Shown here: one piece after another, positions 9,203-18,491 of the stretch
Layout of the letters: every line of letters starts with the position of its first letter
How positions within the stretch are numbered: position 1 is the first letter of the stretch
Assembly: GCA_964567575.1 (NCBI GenBank)
Contig: CAZMMZ010000008.1
Coordinates: forward strand, 9,960 to 50,141
Length of the DNA: 40,182 bases
Source of the DNA: Candidatus Undinarchaeota archaeon
Lineage (GTDB): Archaea > Undinarchaeota > Undinarchaeia > Undinarchaeales > UBA543
Direction: 5' to 3'
Program-made: the position numbers and the translations under genes
Notes under the pieces: model-generated
Seen by the model: only the letters and a program-made list of their open reading frames with translations
Told to the model about the DNA's origin: nothing
Databases searched by the model: none

Positions 9203-10348
9203 ATGAAATTTGCAGTGATGTCTGATTTTCACCTAGGGTATGCTTACAACACTGAGCGAAGGGAAGATTCTTTTATTCAAGCAGAAGAAGCATTACAGAA
9301 AGCTGCTGAGTTGAATGTTGATGCAATTTTAATTGCAGGAGATATTTTTGATTCTAGAATCCCAAGTCAAGATGTTTTAGCAAAAGCTCTTGAAATTTTA
9401 AAACCAATTGCTGAAAAAATTCCTATTATCGCTATTCACGGAACTCATGAACGAAGAGGTAAAGGATTAATTAATTCTGTTCAATTATTGGAAAAAGCTG
9501 GATTGTTAAAACATTTACATTGTGATAAAATTGTTTTGGATTTTAATGATCAAAAATTAGCTATCCATGGGATGAGTGGAGTTCCAGATGATTATGCACA
9601 TCTTGTTCTGGAGAAATGGGTTCCTGAAGTTGTTCCTGGTGCTGTTAATGTGTTAATGCTTCATCAATCAATTGAACCGTTTCTTTATACTGGTGCGAAT
9701 TCTTCTTCTCTTAAATTAACTGATTTGCCACAATCATTTGATCTTTTAGTTGGTGGTCATATGCATTGGAATGAAGAAAAAAAATATGGAGATGGAACTT
9801 TCATTATTCCTGGTTCAACGGTTCTTACTCAAATGCGAAAAATTGAAATGGAAAAACCAAAAGGTTTCTACATTTATGAAAACAATTCTTTACAATTTAT
9901 TCCATTAAGCACGCCCCGTAAATTTTATTATAAGCAATTATCATTTGAAAACGCAAAGCCACACGAGGTTATTGATAAAATAAAATCTCAACTTTCAGAA
10001 ATATCTATTGAAATTAAAAAACCAATTGTACGTTTTATTTTAACAGGAACTCTTGAAAAAGGATTTTCAACCGATGATCTGCAATTAAGTTTATTAGATA
10101 AGCAATTTCAAGGAAAATTTATTTTGCGCATTGATAAAACAAAATTAGGCAATCAGGAAATTTTAGAACGGCGTGAGATCATTGAAAGACTTCGTCAAAA
10201 ACAACTTTCTGTTGATGAACTAGGACTTGAAATTCTTAAAAAGCATCTTGAAGAATTAAATTATAAAGATTTTTCAAGTATTGAATCTCTTTTAACTAGT
10301 TTAGCTGAAGGGGATGTTGAATCTGTACGAAAGTTAGTTTCTAATTAA
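9203..10348 (+). CDS. mre11: DNA double-strand break repair nuclease Mre11
   Basis: Phosphoesterase motifs SDFHLG, AGDIFD, HGTHE, LHQ, GGHMH. rad50 nearby. Confidence 0.93.
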   Translation: MKFAVMSDFHLGYAYNTERREDSFIQAEEALQKAAELNVDAILIAGDIFDSRIPSQDVLAKALEILKPIAEKIPIIAIHGTHERRGKGLINSVQLLEKAGLLKHLHCDKIVLDFNDQKLAIHGMSGVPDDYAHLVLEKWVPEVVPGAVNVLMLHQSIEPFLYTGANSSSLKLTDLPQSFDLLVGGHMHWNEEKKYGDGTFIIPGSTVLTQMRKIEMEKPKGFYIYENNSLQFIPLSTPRKFYYKQLSFENAKPHEVIDKIKSQLSEISIEIKKPIVRFILTGTLEKGFSTDDLQLSLLDKQFQGKFILRIDKTKLGNQEILERREIIERLRQKQLSVDELGLEILKKHLEELNYKDFSSIESLLTSLAEGDVESVRKLVSN

Positions 10349-10349
10349 T

Positions 10350-10730
10350 TTATTGTACAGTTCCAGGACCTTCGGGGGATATTCCAATGCGTCTTCCCTC
10401 ATTTTTACATTTACCAAGTTCACATCCAAATTTGCAATTGTGTTGCATTACGCCTCTTTTTTCCCCTCTACAATATTGTTCAAGAACATATCTGTTATCT
10501 TTTGCACAACTGTCATGGAAGATTCCATCTCTGTTTGTAATGTATCCTCTTTTAGCATAGTTGAATCCACTGTCACTATCAACACAATTTGGAATAACTA
10601 TATTTGTATGTCTTCCAAGAAATAAAATTGAATCTCCACTTGGGGTTACTTCAAAATCAACTACAAAAGAAAATACGAGTATCAATGATACTAAAACAAG
10701 TCCGGATATGAGAACAATTTTTTGATTCAT
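10350..10730 (-). CDS. Membrane-anchored Cys-rich surface protein with one CxDSDxG repeat
   Basis: N-terminal TM, then CVDSDSG...DSC...LEQYC...C..GC..G.C pattern. Confidence 0.75.
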   Translation of the reverse strand: MNQKIVLISGLVLVSLILVFSFVVDFEVTPSGDSILFLGRHTNIVIPNCVDSDSGFNYAKRGYITNRDGIFHDSCAKDNRYVLEQYCRGEKRGVMQHNCKFGCELGKCKNEGRRIGISPEGPGTVQ

Positions 10731-10731
10731 G

Positions 10732-11127
10732 TTATTTCTTGTGTCTTTTTCTATATTTAAGTTCTTCTAATTTCTCATTCAGTTTTTCATGTGTTTTTCT
10801 TGTTTCTTGTTTTATTATATGATTACTCAATATACTTACAATTCCAACAAGAAGTCCAACACTGAGCATTAAATAAAACATTGTGAATAGTTTTCCTAAA
10901 ACGGTTGATGGTGTAAAATCTCCATATCCAACTGTTGTTATTGTTATTATTGTAAAGTATACTGAATTGAGCCAGGACCAGCCTTCGGTATATCTGTAAA
11001 AGACAGTTCCAACTATAACTGCAATTGAAATAAGAAAGAGCAGAGCTCTGAATTTGTAATCTCTAGCTGCAACACTAAGAGCTTTAGCAAATTTTGCTAT
11101 TATTTCTAAGGGGGATTTCATAGGCAT
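10732..11127 (-). CDS. Two-TM potassium channel (KcsA-like pore only)
   Basis: Selectivity filter TTVGYGD between two TM helices. No RCK domain. Confidence 0.9.
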   Translation of the reverse strand: MPMKSPLEIIAKFAKALSVAARDYKFRALLFLISIAVIVGTVFYRYTEGWSWLNSVYFTIITITTVGYGDFTPSTVLGKLFTMFYLMLSVGLLVGIVSILSNHIIKQETRKTHEKLNEKLEELKYRKRHKK

Positions 11128-11213
11128 GGTTTTCTTGTAATCTATTGAAGTTTATAAATCTTTATTATGGGCAAGTTTATTATAGAACCCCTATCTATTG
11201 TTTAATGGGGAGA

Positions 11214-13643
11214 ATGATACAACGCTTACGTTTGCAGAACTGGCGCTCCCACTCTGATTCAGAATTTAAGTTTTCGAGTGGCGTGAATGCGCTACTAGGT
11301 ATTATGGGATCTGGTAAAAGTTCTGTTATGGATGCTCTTTGTTTTGCTCTTTTTGGGACATTTCCTGCGTTAAATCAGCGAAAACTTAAGATTGATGAGG
11401 TTATTCGTTCACGTCCAGAGCAGCAAACAAAAGCTAGTGTTGAAATTGAGTTTAAAGATCGACAGGGTGTTTCATATTCTGTTATTCGAGAAATCGAGCT
11501 TGGTAAAGGGACAAAACAAGTTGAATTACGAAAAGATGGGGCCCTTATAGAAAGTTCTAATTCACAAAGCGTCAACATTCAAGTTGAAAAACTTCTTAAG
11601 ATTAATTATGATGTTTTTTCACGTGCAGTTTATTCTGAACAAAATGAACTGGATCAATTCTTGAATATTCCAAAAGGTCAAAGAATGGAACGAATTGATA
11701 AACTTCTTAAAATTGATCGGTTTGAAATTGCGCGCAAAACTGCTGGAAAAGTTGTTAATAAATTTTCAGATGAATTATCTTCCAAAGAACTTCTTTCACA
11801 GGATATTCTTGCGGCTGAAGAACTTTCAAATATTGTTGAATTAGAGCATGAAAAAAGAGAGCTTGAACAAAAAACAAAAACATTATCAATTGAATATGAA
11901 GCAACAAAAACAGCTCACAACGAACTTACAAAAAAGCTTGAAGAAGTTGAAAGTCAAGCTAGAAATTTTAATGAATTTAAATTACAAAGAGAAGGTCTAA
12001 AAGAACGATTATTCAGCTCTCAAAAACGTTTAGAGGATATTGGTTTTGATTTTTCTCAAATTTCATTTGAAGATGTTAGTGTAAAAAAGTCTGAGATTTT
12101 ATTACAATTAGAAAATCTCCAAATTTCAAAAAATAAATTATTTGAATTATCTAATAAAAAAACTGGATTAACTTCTACAATTGAAATTCTTGATTTTGAA
12201 GCTCAAAAAACTAAGGAAGAATTTTCAAGAATAGTTCCAGAAATTTCTATAGAAGAAGTAATTCAACAACACGAATTCATTTTCCCTGATTCTGATGAAG
12301 AAAAAGTAATTAAAGAACAAATTGAACAATTAAAAAATTCGTATTCTTCAAAGGAATCTCTTGAAGAGGAAATCAAAAAGCAAGAATTCCGATCAGTTGA
12401 ATTCCAAAAGAAAACTGAATCTTGCAATGAGCGCAGAAAACATGCAAAGGATATTATTACATCTCTTCAAGAACATGATAATTGTCCGTTGTGTGATAGC
12501 GATATTGGTGGTGCAAAAAAAGATGAGCTTTCTCAAAAGAATAATCTTATTCTTCAGCAAATTGGTCAAGAACTTACAAATCTAAATGCAATGATTGTTG
12601 CTGCTAAAGTAAAGCGTGATGAATCTGGTAGTGTTTTAACAAGATGGGATGATCTTGAAAAGCAAATTGATTTGTTTAAACATAAAAAAGAATCTAAGAA
12701 AGAACAAGTAGCTTCTATTTTGCGAAGATTTACTGATATTAATAATAAAAAAGATGAAGTTCGAAATCAATTACAAACATTTAGTAATGAATTAATTAAA
12801 TTAGAAACAGAATACTCTGAAGAAAAAGTTGATTCTCTAAAAGAAGCGCAAAGGAAACTTGATAATGCAGAGCATGCGTTTGAATTGAAAACCGAAATTT
12901 CGCATATTAAAGAACATCTTCTTAATATTGAATCAAAAATTCAAACTGCTGGTGTTGATGAAGTAATTCTTAAAAGATTCCGCGAACAGAATTCTGAATT
13001 CATTAGAAAATCTGAACAGCAAAAAGTCCAGATTAATTCTTTTAAAGAATTGTTTAATGAAAAGCAAAAGCGTCTTGAAGATTTAACTCGCAAGAAAGAT
13101 CTTGCTGACAAGTATCAAACAGATATTAAAAATCTAAAACATTCTTGCGAATCACTTGAAATTTTCCAAAATGCATTAAAGAAAACACAAGAAAGTTTGC
13201 GCGCAGAATTTATTGAAAGTGTAAACCAGATTATGAATGATGTTTGGGTACATCTTTATCCATATGATGATTTATCTGGTGTTAAATTAATTGTTGATTC
13301 AGGGGATTATGTTCTTAGTGTTCATACAAGCCAAGGTTGGGTTAATGTTGAGGGCCGTGTTTCAGGTGGTGAACGATCGCTTGCTTGCTTGGCCTTACGT
13401 GTTGCTTTTTCACTTGCACTTGCTCCAAATTTAAGTTGGTTAGTTCTTGATGAGCCAACTCATAATTTAGATGTAACTACAATTGACATGTTAGGTGAAA
13501 CATTAAGAGAAAGATTACCAAGTTTAATTGAGCAAATCTTTTTAATCACCCATGAAGAGCGGTTGGAAAGTGCAGTATCTGGTCAATTGTACAAACTTGA
13601 ACGGAATAAAGAATTAGATGAGCCAACGCGAATTGTGAGTTAA
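11214..13643 (+). CDS. rad50: DNA repair ATPase Rad50
   Basis: Walker A GIMGSGKSS, zinc hook CPLC, signature VSGGE, LVLDEPTHNLD, ITHE. ATG 11214 follows GGGGAG. Confidence 0.95.
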   Translation: MIQRLRLQNWRSHSDSEFKFSSGVNALLGIMGSGKSSVMDALCFALFGTFPALNQRKLKIDEVIRSRPEQQTKASVEIEFKDRQGVSYSVIREIELGKGTKQVELRKDGALIESSNSQSVNIQVEKLLKINYDVFSRAVYSEQNELDQFLNIPKGQRMERIDKLLKIDRFEIARKTAGKVVNKFSDELSSKELLSQDILAAEELSNIVELEHEKRELEQKTKTLSIEYEATKTAHNELTKKLEEVESQARNFNEFKLQREGLKERLFSSQKRLEDIGFDFSQISFEDVSVKKSEILLQLENLQISKNKLFELSNKKTGLTSTIEILDFEAQKTKEEFSRIVPEISIEEVIQQHEFIFPDSDEEKVIKEQIEQLKNSYSSKESLEEEIKKQEFRSVEFQKKTESCNERRKHAKDIITSLQEHDNCPLCDSDIGGAKKDELSQKNNLILQQIGQELTNLNAMIVAAKVKRDESGSVLTRWDDLEKQIDLFKHKKESKKEQVASILRRFTDINNKKDEVRNQLQTFSNELIKLETEYSEEKVDSLKEAQRKLDNAEHAFELKTEISHIKEHLLNIESKIQTAGVDEVILKRFREQNSEFIRKSEQQKVQINSFKELFNEKQKRLEDLTRKKDLADKYQTDIKNLKHSCESLEIFQNALKKTQESLRAEFIESVNQIMNDVWVHLYPYDDLSGVKLIVDSGDYVLSVHTSQGWVNVEGRVSGGERSLACLALRVAFSLALAPNLSWLVLDEPTHNLDVTTIDMLGETLRERLPSLIEQIFLITHEERLESAVSGQLYKLERNKELDEPTRIVS

Positions 13644-13673
13644 TGATAAATACTTAAAATTCTATATTCTATT

Positions 13674-14249
13674 ATGAAATATTATTTGTATCATATTTTT
13701 CCAAAAGATATGAAAGGAAATATCCTTAGTCCATTAAAAGGTTTGAAAGAAATTAATTCTGATTTATATTCTACTAAAAAAACAAAATATTCTGGTCGTA
13801 AGCGTATACGCAAATTGAAAATTAAGAAATTAAATTGTAGATGGGATGATGTATTATTTTTTTCTGCTGTTCATCCTTCTAAAATCAATCAGGCTTTGTT
13901 AGATGCTGGTCTTCCTAAAAATCGCTATCATGCATTGATTAAAAAATCTTATCAAGTAGATGTTGATTGTTTGGATCCTTCAAAAGCTGTAGTATTTTGG
14001 TATCGTTCTTGGAATAAAATTTTGTCTAGATATGTGTATCAATATATTAGTGATAAACAAATTGATTGGTTCAATCCAAAAGATATGGACAAATATAGTG
14101 TAATTCCAGATAAAACAAAAAAAGCTTTTAGAAAACGCATAAAGAATAATGAAATGCTTTTGTTATTTGAGTATGTTCCTCATATTTTGTATAATGGCTC
14201 AATTGATGTAAGCAATAAAGATAAGGTTTCCATTGTAGAATTGGATTAA
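13674..14249 (+). CDS. Conserved hypothetical protein (YLYH...LNCRWDDVLFFSAVHP family)
   Basis: 191 aa ORF with its own TATA-like element. No confident function. Confidence 0.7.
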   Translation: MKYYLYHIFPKDMKGNILSPLKGLKEINSDLYSTKKTKYSGRKRIRKLKIKKLNCRWDDVLFFSAVHPSKINQALLDAGLPKNRYHALIKKSYQVDVDCLDPSKAVVFWYRSWNKILSRYVYQYISDKQIDWFNPKDMDKYSVIPDKTKKAFRKRIKNNEMLLLFEYVPHILYNGSIDVSNKDKVSIVELD

Positions 14250-14283
14250 AAAAGTTTTTAAACAGATTAATTGAATTGTTTTC

Positions 14284-15090
14284 ATGACTCTTGCATCTTT
14301 CTTTACAACATACTTCGCAGAACCTCTTTGCAGTGCAACAAATGGATATAATATTTACAACACTTTAGTGTATGGATTATTAGCTGCAGTGCTTGCATTT
14401 GGTTTATATTATCTTTTGAAAAGATTAAATGTGAAAATTGATGGGAAGCTTTTCTTAGGTGCAGCGCCGTTTGTTGTGCTTGGATCGCTTTGGCATGTTT
14501 ATGCTGATGCAGTTCCACAATGTTTGCCTTATTTCCAAACTCCGATAATTTATATTATGTTTACATTAATTGCAATTGCGGCGATGCTTATTGGTTTATT
14601 TATTGAAAAGAAAACTCCACTTAAACCAAACTATTGGCAGTTTATGTTAATTACATTTGGAATTGCTTTTGTTTTATCTGCATTCACATTCTTAAAATTT
14701 GTTCAACCTTTAGCAGCTTTGAAAATTTTTGGTTTAACTGCGTTGTTTGGTTTAATTTTTTATGGACTTTCTAAAAAATGGGATAAACTTTTCACACCAA
14801 TTAATATCTGCGTGTTAACAACTGCAATGTTTGATGCAGCGTCAACTGCAATTGGAATGAGCCAATATGGTTATTCAGAAAAGCATATCCTTCCAACGTT
14901 CTTGATTAATCTTGTTGGATCTGCGTGGATTATGATTCCTTTGAAATTCGTTGTAGTTTTATTTGCATTGTGGGCAATTGACAAATTGGAAGATGATACA
15001 CAATTCAAGAATATAATCAAGTTTGCTATTCTTGTTGTAACTCTTGGTCCTGGAAGCAGAAATACTATAAGAATGTTAATGGGTGTTTAA
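14284..15090 (+). CDS. DUF63 family archaeal membrane protein
   Basis: GYNIYNTLVYG, DAASTAIG..YGYSEKHILP, LGPGSRNTIRM pattern. Confidence 0.85.
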   Translation: MTLASFFTTYFAEPLCSATNGYNIYNTLVYGLLAAVLAFGLYYLLKRLNVKIDGKLFLGAAPFVVLGSLWHVYADAVPQCLPYFQTPIIYIMFTLIAIAAMLIGLFIEKKTPLKPNYWQFMLITFGIAFVLSAFTFLKFVQPLAALKIFGLTALFGLIFYGLSKKWDKLFTPINICVLTTAMFDAASTAIGMSQYGYSEKHILPTFLINLVGSAWIMIPLKFVVVLFALWAIDKLEDDTQFKNIIKFAILVVTLGPGSRNTIRMLMGV

Positions 15091-15968
15091 ATTACTAAAG
15101 TAATTCCAGAAAGAACTATTGCTATTGCAATTATTTTTTGTATTATTGTAAATCTACTAACATCTTCATGCATGTATTTCTTGAAAAATATTGAAGAGAA
15201 TGTTGCAAAGATTAATACAAAGAATGGGGTTGTTGCGTATAATGTTGTTGCAAGTGTTGCTGGTCCTAGTGTAATTGCTCCTATGTTAGCAAAATAACTC
15301 AAAACCGTGCAGATGTGCGTTGCAATTAATAGTATTATCAAGTTTCTGTGTTTGAATTTTTCCCAAATCTGTTGTGAATCTTTTTTTGATAACCAAAATA
15401 TTCCTGCTGAAGCAGAAGAACCAATTAAAAACCAGAAGAAAAGAATTGGTATTGTTTCTGGAGTTACAAAGTATTTTATTAAAATAACAATTATTGCATA
15501 AAGTGTTGCTCCAGAAAATGCGCGACATTCTGTTTTGATATTGAATTTATGTTCTTTCAAATGGTAAGACATTAACAATACGCCAAATGTTACCATTACG
15601 ATTCCTATGTATATTTTCGTTGTAAATATTTCATTAAAGAAAATTGCAGATAATATCATTACAATAAGTGGGCTTGTTCCTAATGTTGGTGCAACTCTTG
15701 ATACCTCTTCTTCATTTAGTGTTTTTGCAAAAACTGAAACAGCTAATGTAAACAGAATTCCTAAGAAAAAGAAGAATGTGCTTTTTACTGGATCAAATGA
15801 TATCTTTACAAAAAATAATAATGGAATTATAAACAATATTCTAAAAATGTAAATCATTACAAATTCTTTTGGCTTAAGGTATTGATTCAAAATTGCTTTA
15901 TCTGCTACATGGCTAAATCCAATTAATGCTGCTGCAGACAATGCTAGTATGATCCATACTGGTATCAT
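15087..15968 (-). CDS. EamA/DMT-family transporter
   Basis: Two 5-TM repeats with EEVSRVAP, GPATL...PFFV. Confidence 0.85.
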   Translation of the reverse strand: MIPVWIILALSAAALIGFSHVADKAILNQYLKPKEFVMIYIFRILFIIPLLFFVKISFDPVKSTFFFFLGILFTLAVSVFAKTLNEEEVSRVAPTLGTSPLIVMILSAIFFNEIFTTKIYIGIVMVTFGVLLMSYHLKEHKFNIKTECRAFSGATLYAIIVILIKYFVTPETIPILFFWFLIGSSASAGIFWLSKKDSQQIWEKFKHRNLIILLIATHICTVLSYFANIGAITLGPATLATTLYATTPFFVLIFATFSSIFFKKYMHEDVSRFTIIQKIIAIAIVLSGITLVI

Positions 15969-16030
15969 AACGCGCTATAGTTAATTTCCATTTAAATATT
16001 CACCCATTCGAAATACTTATATAGGATATA

Positions 16031-16054
16031 TGTCACCCCTTAAGAGTGGTGACA
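16031..16054. promoter_or_regulatory. Inverted repeat TGTCACC-N10-GGTGACA between the TATA box and the first CPBP start
   Basis: Perfect 7-bp arms. TTATATA near 16018-16024. The right arm contains SD-like GGTGA 2 nt before ATG 16056. Confidence 0.5.
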
Positions 16055-16055
16055 A

Positions 16056-16517
16056 ATGTCAGCGTATCATTTAGGTAGTATTATTGGAGAAGTCCTTAGG
16101 GTTAATATCTTTGGCGTAAATATAGCCGCAGGTATGGTCGAATGGGGCTTTTTGTTAGGTGCTGTTGCGTTTATTTTAAATGTCATATTATCATCTGCTG
16201 GTTATCGATCAATTGGTTTCCGTACTCGAGACTTTCTTTCATCTGTCATTTCTGGACCAATCATAGAAGAAATAATCTTTAGATTAGTCTTAATATCAGC
16301 ATTTACAATATTTTTTAATTCAGTATTGATTGCTGTTATTGCTTCATCTTTTCTATTTGCAATAGGCCACATCCTTTGGGGTGGGTTTACCTTTATTGAT
16401 TCGTTCGTAGACGGACTTATCTGGGGTTGGGCTTTTCTAACATTAGGAATAGGAGTTCCTATAATTGCTCATATTTTACATAATTTCTTGGTTTTCGTAA
16501 CCAATTCAGCAAAATGA
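16056..16517 (+). CDS. CPBP (CAAX protease/Abi) family intramembrane metalloprotease, motifs intact
   Basis: EEIIFR, FAIGH, HILHN. Confidence 0.88.
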   Translation: MSAYHLGSIIGEVLRVNIFGVNIAAGMVEWGFLLGAVAFILNVILSSAGYRSIGFRTRDFLSSVISGPIIEEIIFRLVLISAFTIFFNSVLIAVIASSFLFAIGHILWGGFTFIDSFVDGLIWGWAFLTLGIGVPIIAHILHNFLVFVTNSAK

Positions 16518-16918
16518 ATGTTTGGAGTTACTTTCACAATATGGCCTTTTGGATGGTTCCTTTAGCATTAGGTTTATTCACTGCTGGAATTACTTTTCCA
16601 TTAAGATCAGTTTTGCTCCCTGCAGGACCATCACGAATTTGGCCAGTTTCATTTCATGTTTTCATAAATCCAGTTATTGAAGAAGTATTATTCAGACTTC
16701 TTTTACTTGGATTTTTAACAAACATGTTTAGTTTTACTGTTTCAGTTCTAATAATGTCTGTTATTTATTCAATTTATTCTGGAATTTTTTATGGAGCTCC
16801 GGCAATGGCTGATGGCTTAGTGCTCGGTGCTTTCCTTAGTTTTGCAATGCCTCAATTTGGTTTTCCAGTTATTGTAATAACACATATTGTGTATCGTTTT
16901 ATTTTCTTTTTATCTTAA
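16514..16918 (+). CDS. CPBP family paralog with degenerate motifs
   Basis: EEVLFR retained. FxxxH replaced by YSIYS and HxxxN by HIVYR. ATGA overlap with the first copy. Confidence 0.75.
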   Translation: MNVWSYFHNMAFWMVPLALGLFTAGITFPLRSVLLPAGPSRIWPVSFHVFINPVIEEVLFRLLLLGFLTNMFSFTVSVLIMSVIYSIYSGIFYGAPAMADGLVLGAFLSFAMPQFGFPVIVITHIVYRFIFFLS

Positions 16919-16973
16919 GAAAACTTTAATAAGGAGCAGTCTTACGTATTATATCTCTAAGGAGAATAGTAAA

Positions 16974-17435
16974 ATGGAAGCAGAGACAAAAATTGAAGAG
17001 AAAAATTTAATGGCACCTCATCGTATTGAAGCATTCAATGAGGTTCACAGCAATATTAAATGCCTTAATGAGGGTATTTCTACTGCACTTGATTTGTCAT
17101 CTATCAAAAAACATTTTGATGATCATTCAGAACTTTTGAATCAAAAGCAAGAAAAACTTCTTGAAACAGTTAAGAAATTAGAACTTACAAAAGAAACTCT
17201 TTCTGAAGAAGTTAATTATAGAGAAACTGAAGAACTTCGTTTGAATCAAATTATTTCTGAGTTGCGAGCTCAAAAAAGCGAAATTGAAACAAGACTTTCT
17301 GGTCATGAACACGATGTTCAGAATTTACAATCTGAAAAAGAAAAGCTTGATTCTCTTTTAGCAAGAATGAAAGGTGTTCTTTCTGAAATGCATACAAAAG
17401 TAAAAGAGTTTCAGCAAATCGTAAAAGCAGAATAA
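16974..17435 (+). CDS. Coiled-coil protein (153 aa)
   Basis: AAGGAG SD before ATG 16974. Heptad-rich E/K/L sequence. Confidence 0.75.
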   Translation: MEAETKIEEKNLMAPHRIEAFNEVHSNIKCLNEGISTALDLSSIKKHFDDHSELLNQKQEKLLETVKKLELTKETLSEEVNYRETEELRLNQIISELRAQKSEIETRLSGHEHDVQNLQSEKEKLDSLLARMKGVLSEMHTKVKEFQQIVKAE

Positions 17436-18110
17436 TTATACTATTTCCAGTGCTTGTAAAATTGCACTGGTTCCATTTTCTAATATTACTGGACCATGTC
17501 CTGGTAAGATAATTTCTACATCTAATTCTGATAATTTTTCTAATGATTGTTTTAATTGTTCTGAGCTTCCAGAAGGCAAGTCAGTTCTGCCTATTGAATT
17601 TGCATCAAAAATCGTATCTCCTGATATCAAAATCTTTTCAGATTCATTATACAAACAAATTGAACCAGAAGTATGTCCAGGTGTGTGGATTACTTTGAAT
17701 CCATTAATTAAATATCCTTCTTCCAATTTCCTTTCAATAATAAGTGTATCTATTTCGTTTTTTCCTAATTTGTCTTTGATATAATTTAAATTTGAAGCAA
17801 ATTTGAAACCAGTTTTTTCTGAATTTCCTTGTTCAAGTGCAGTGGCATCAAGAGAATGAATTGCAAGTTGAGCTTTAGTGAATTCTTTTAGTTTTTTATT
17901 TCCACCACCATGATCATAGTGGCAATGTGTATTCACAATTAGTTTTATTTGTGAAATATTAATATTTTTTTCATGAAGTTTTTGAATAAGATAATCGTGG
18001 TTGTCTGCACTTCCGGGATCAATAAGAACTAGCTCTTCTCCTTTCAACACATAGGTATTGCATTCATACCTTCTTCCTTCTATTATTTCTATAATATTTT
18101 CTAGATCCAT
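17436..18110 (-). CDS. MBL-fold metallo-hydrolase (glyoxalase II-like)
   Basis: THCHYDH, HTPGHTSG, SGDTIF, PGHG. Confidence 0.92.
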   Translation of the reverse strand: MDLENIIEIIEGRRYECNTYVLKGEELVLIDPGSADNHDYLIQKLHEKNINISQIKLIVNTHCHYDHGGGNKKLKEFTKAQLAIHSLDATALEQGNSEKTGFKFASNLNYIKDKLGKNEIDTLIIERKLEEGYLINGFKVIHTPGHTSGSICLYNESEKILISGDTIFDANSIGRTDLPSGSSEQLKQSLEKLSELDVEIILPGHGPVILENGTSAILQALEIV

Positions 18111-18209
18111 TTAACTGTTAAAAACAAAGTGAAACATTGCAAAAAAGAAGGCAAGCCCTACCATCACGCCCAAGACCGCCATCATTTTAATTAGTATTTT
18201 AAAGTTCAT
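18111..18209 (-). CDS. 32-aa single-TM peptide (not in ORF track)
   Basis: MNFKILIKMMAVLGVMVGLAFFFAMFHFVFNS*. ATG overlaps the upstream stop (TAATG) and its stop abuts the MBL ATG. Confidence 0.65.
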   Translation of the reverse strand: MNFKILIKMMAVLGVMVGLAFFFAMFHFVFNS

Positions 18210-18436
18210 TAAAGTCCAATTAAAGTTGAAGTCATAGAAATGTTTTGTATGTTTCTTATTTGTTGTAAAAGTAGCGAGTTTAATCCATCTAAATCTGCGA
18301 CATTTGCTTTAGCTATGATGTCATAATCTCCATAGACTGCCCATGCTTCTTTTATGTTGCTATTTTGTTGTAATTCTGAAATAACTTCTTTCTCTTTCCC
18401 AGTCTTTGTCATTATCAGAATGAATGCTGTTACCAT
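18209..18436 (-). CDS. Stand-alone Lrp/AsnC ligand-binding (RAM) domain protein
   Basis: AFILI...GKEKEV...VYGDYDIIAK...IRNI...TSTLI, 75 aa, no HTH. Confidence 0.88.
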   Translation of the reverse strand: MVTAFILIMTKTGKEKEVISELQQNSNIKEAWAVYGDYDIIAKANVADLDGLNSLLLQQIRNIQNISMTSTLIGL

Positions 18437-18491
18437 CTTACCACCACCCCTCTTTGAGTGTCTTGTAGGTTATAAAGATTGTGGTATTTAA

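Noticed and set aside
5999-9232. Long antisense ORFs opposite slyD/ftsZ/rpl11 (5999-6508, 6532-7254, 8512-9048 etc.)
   Set aside because: Shadow frames of conserved genes with biased codon usage; no motifs.
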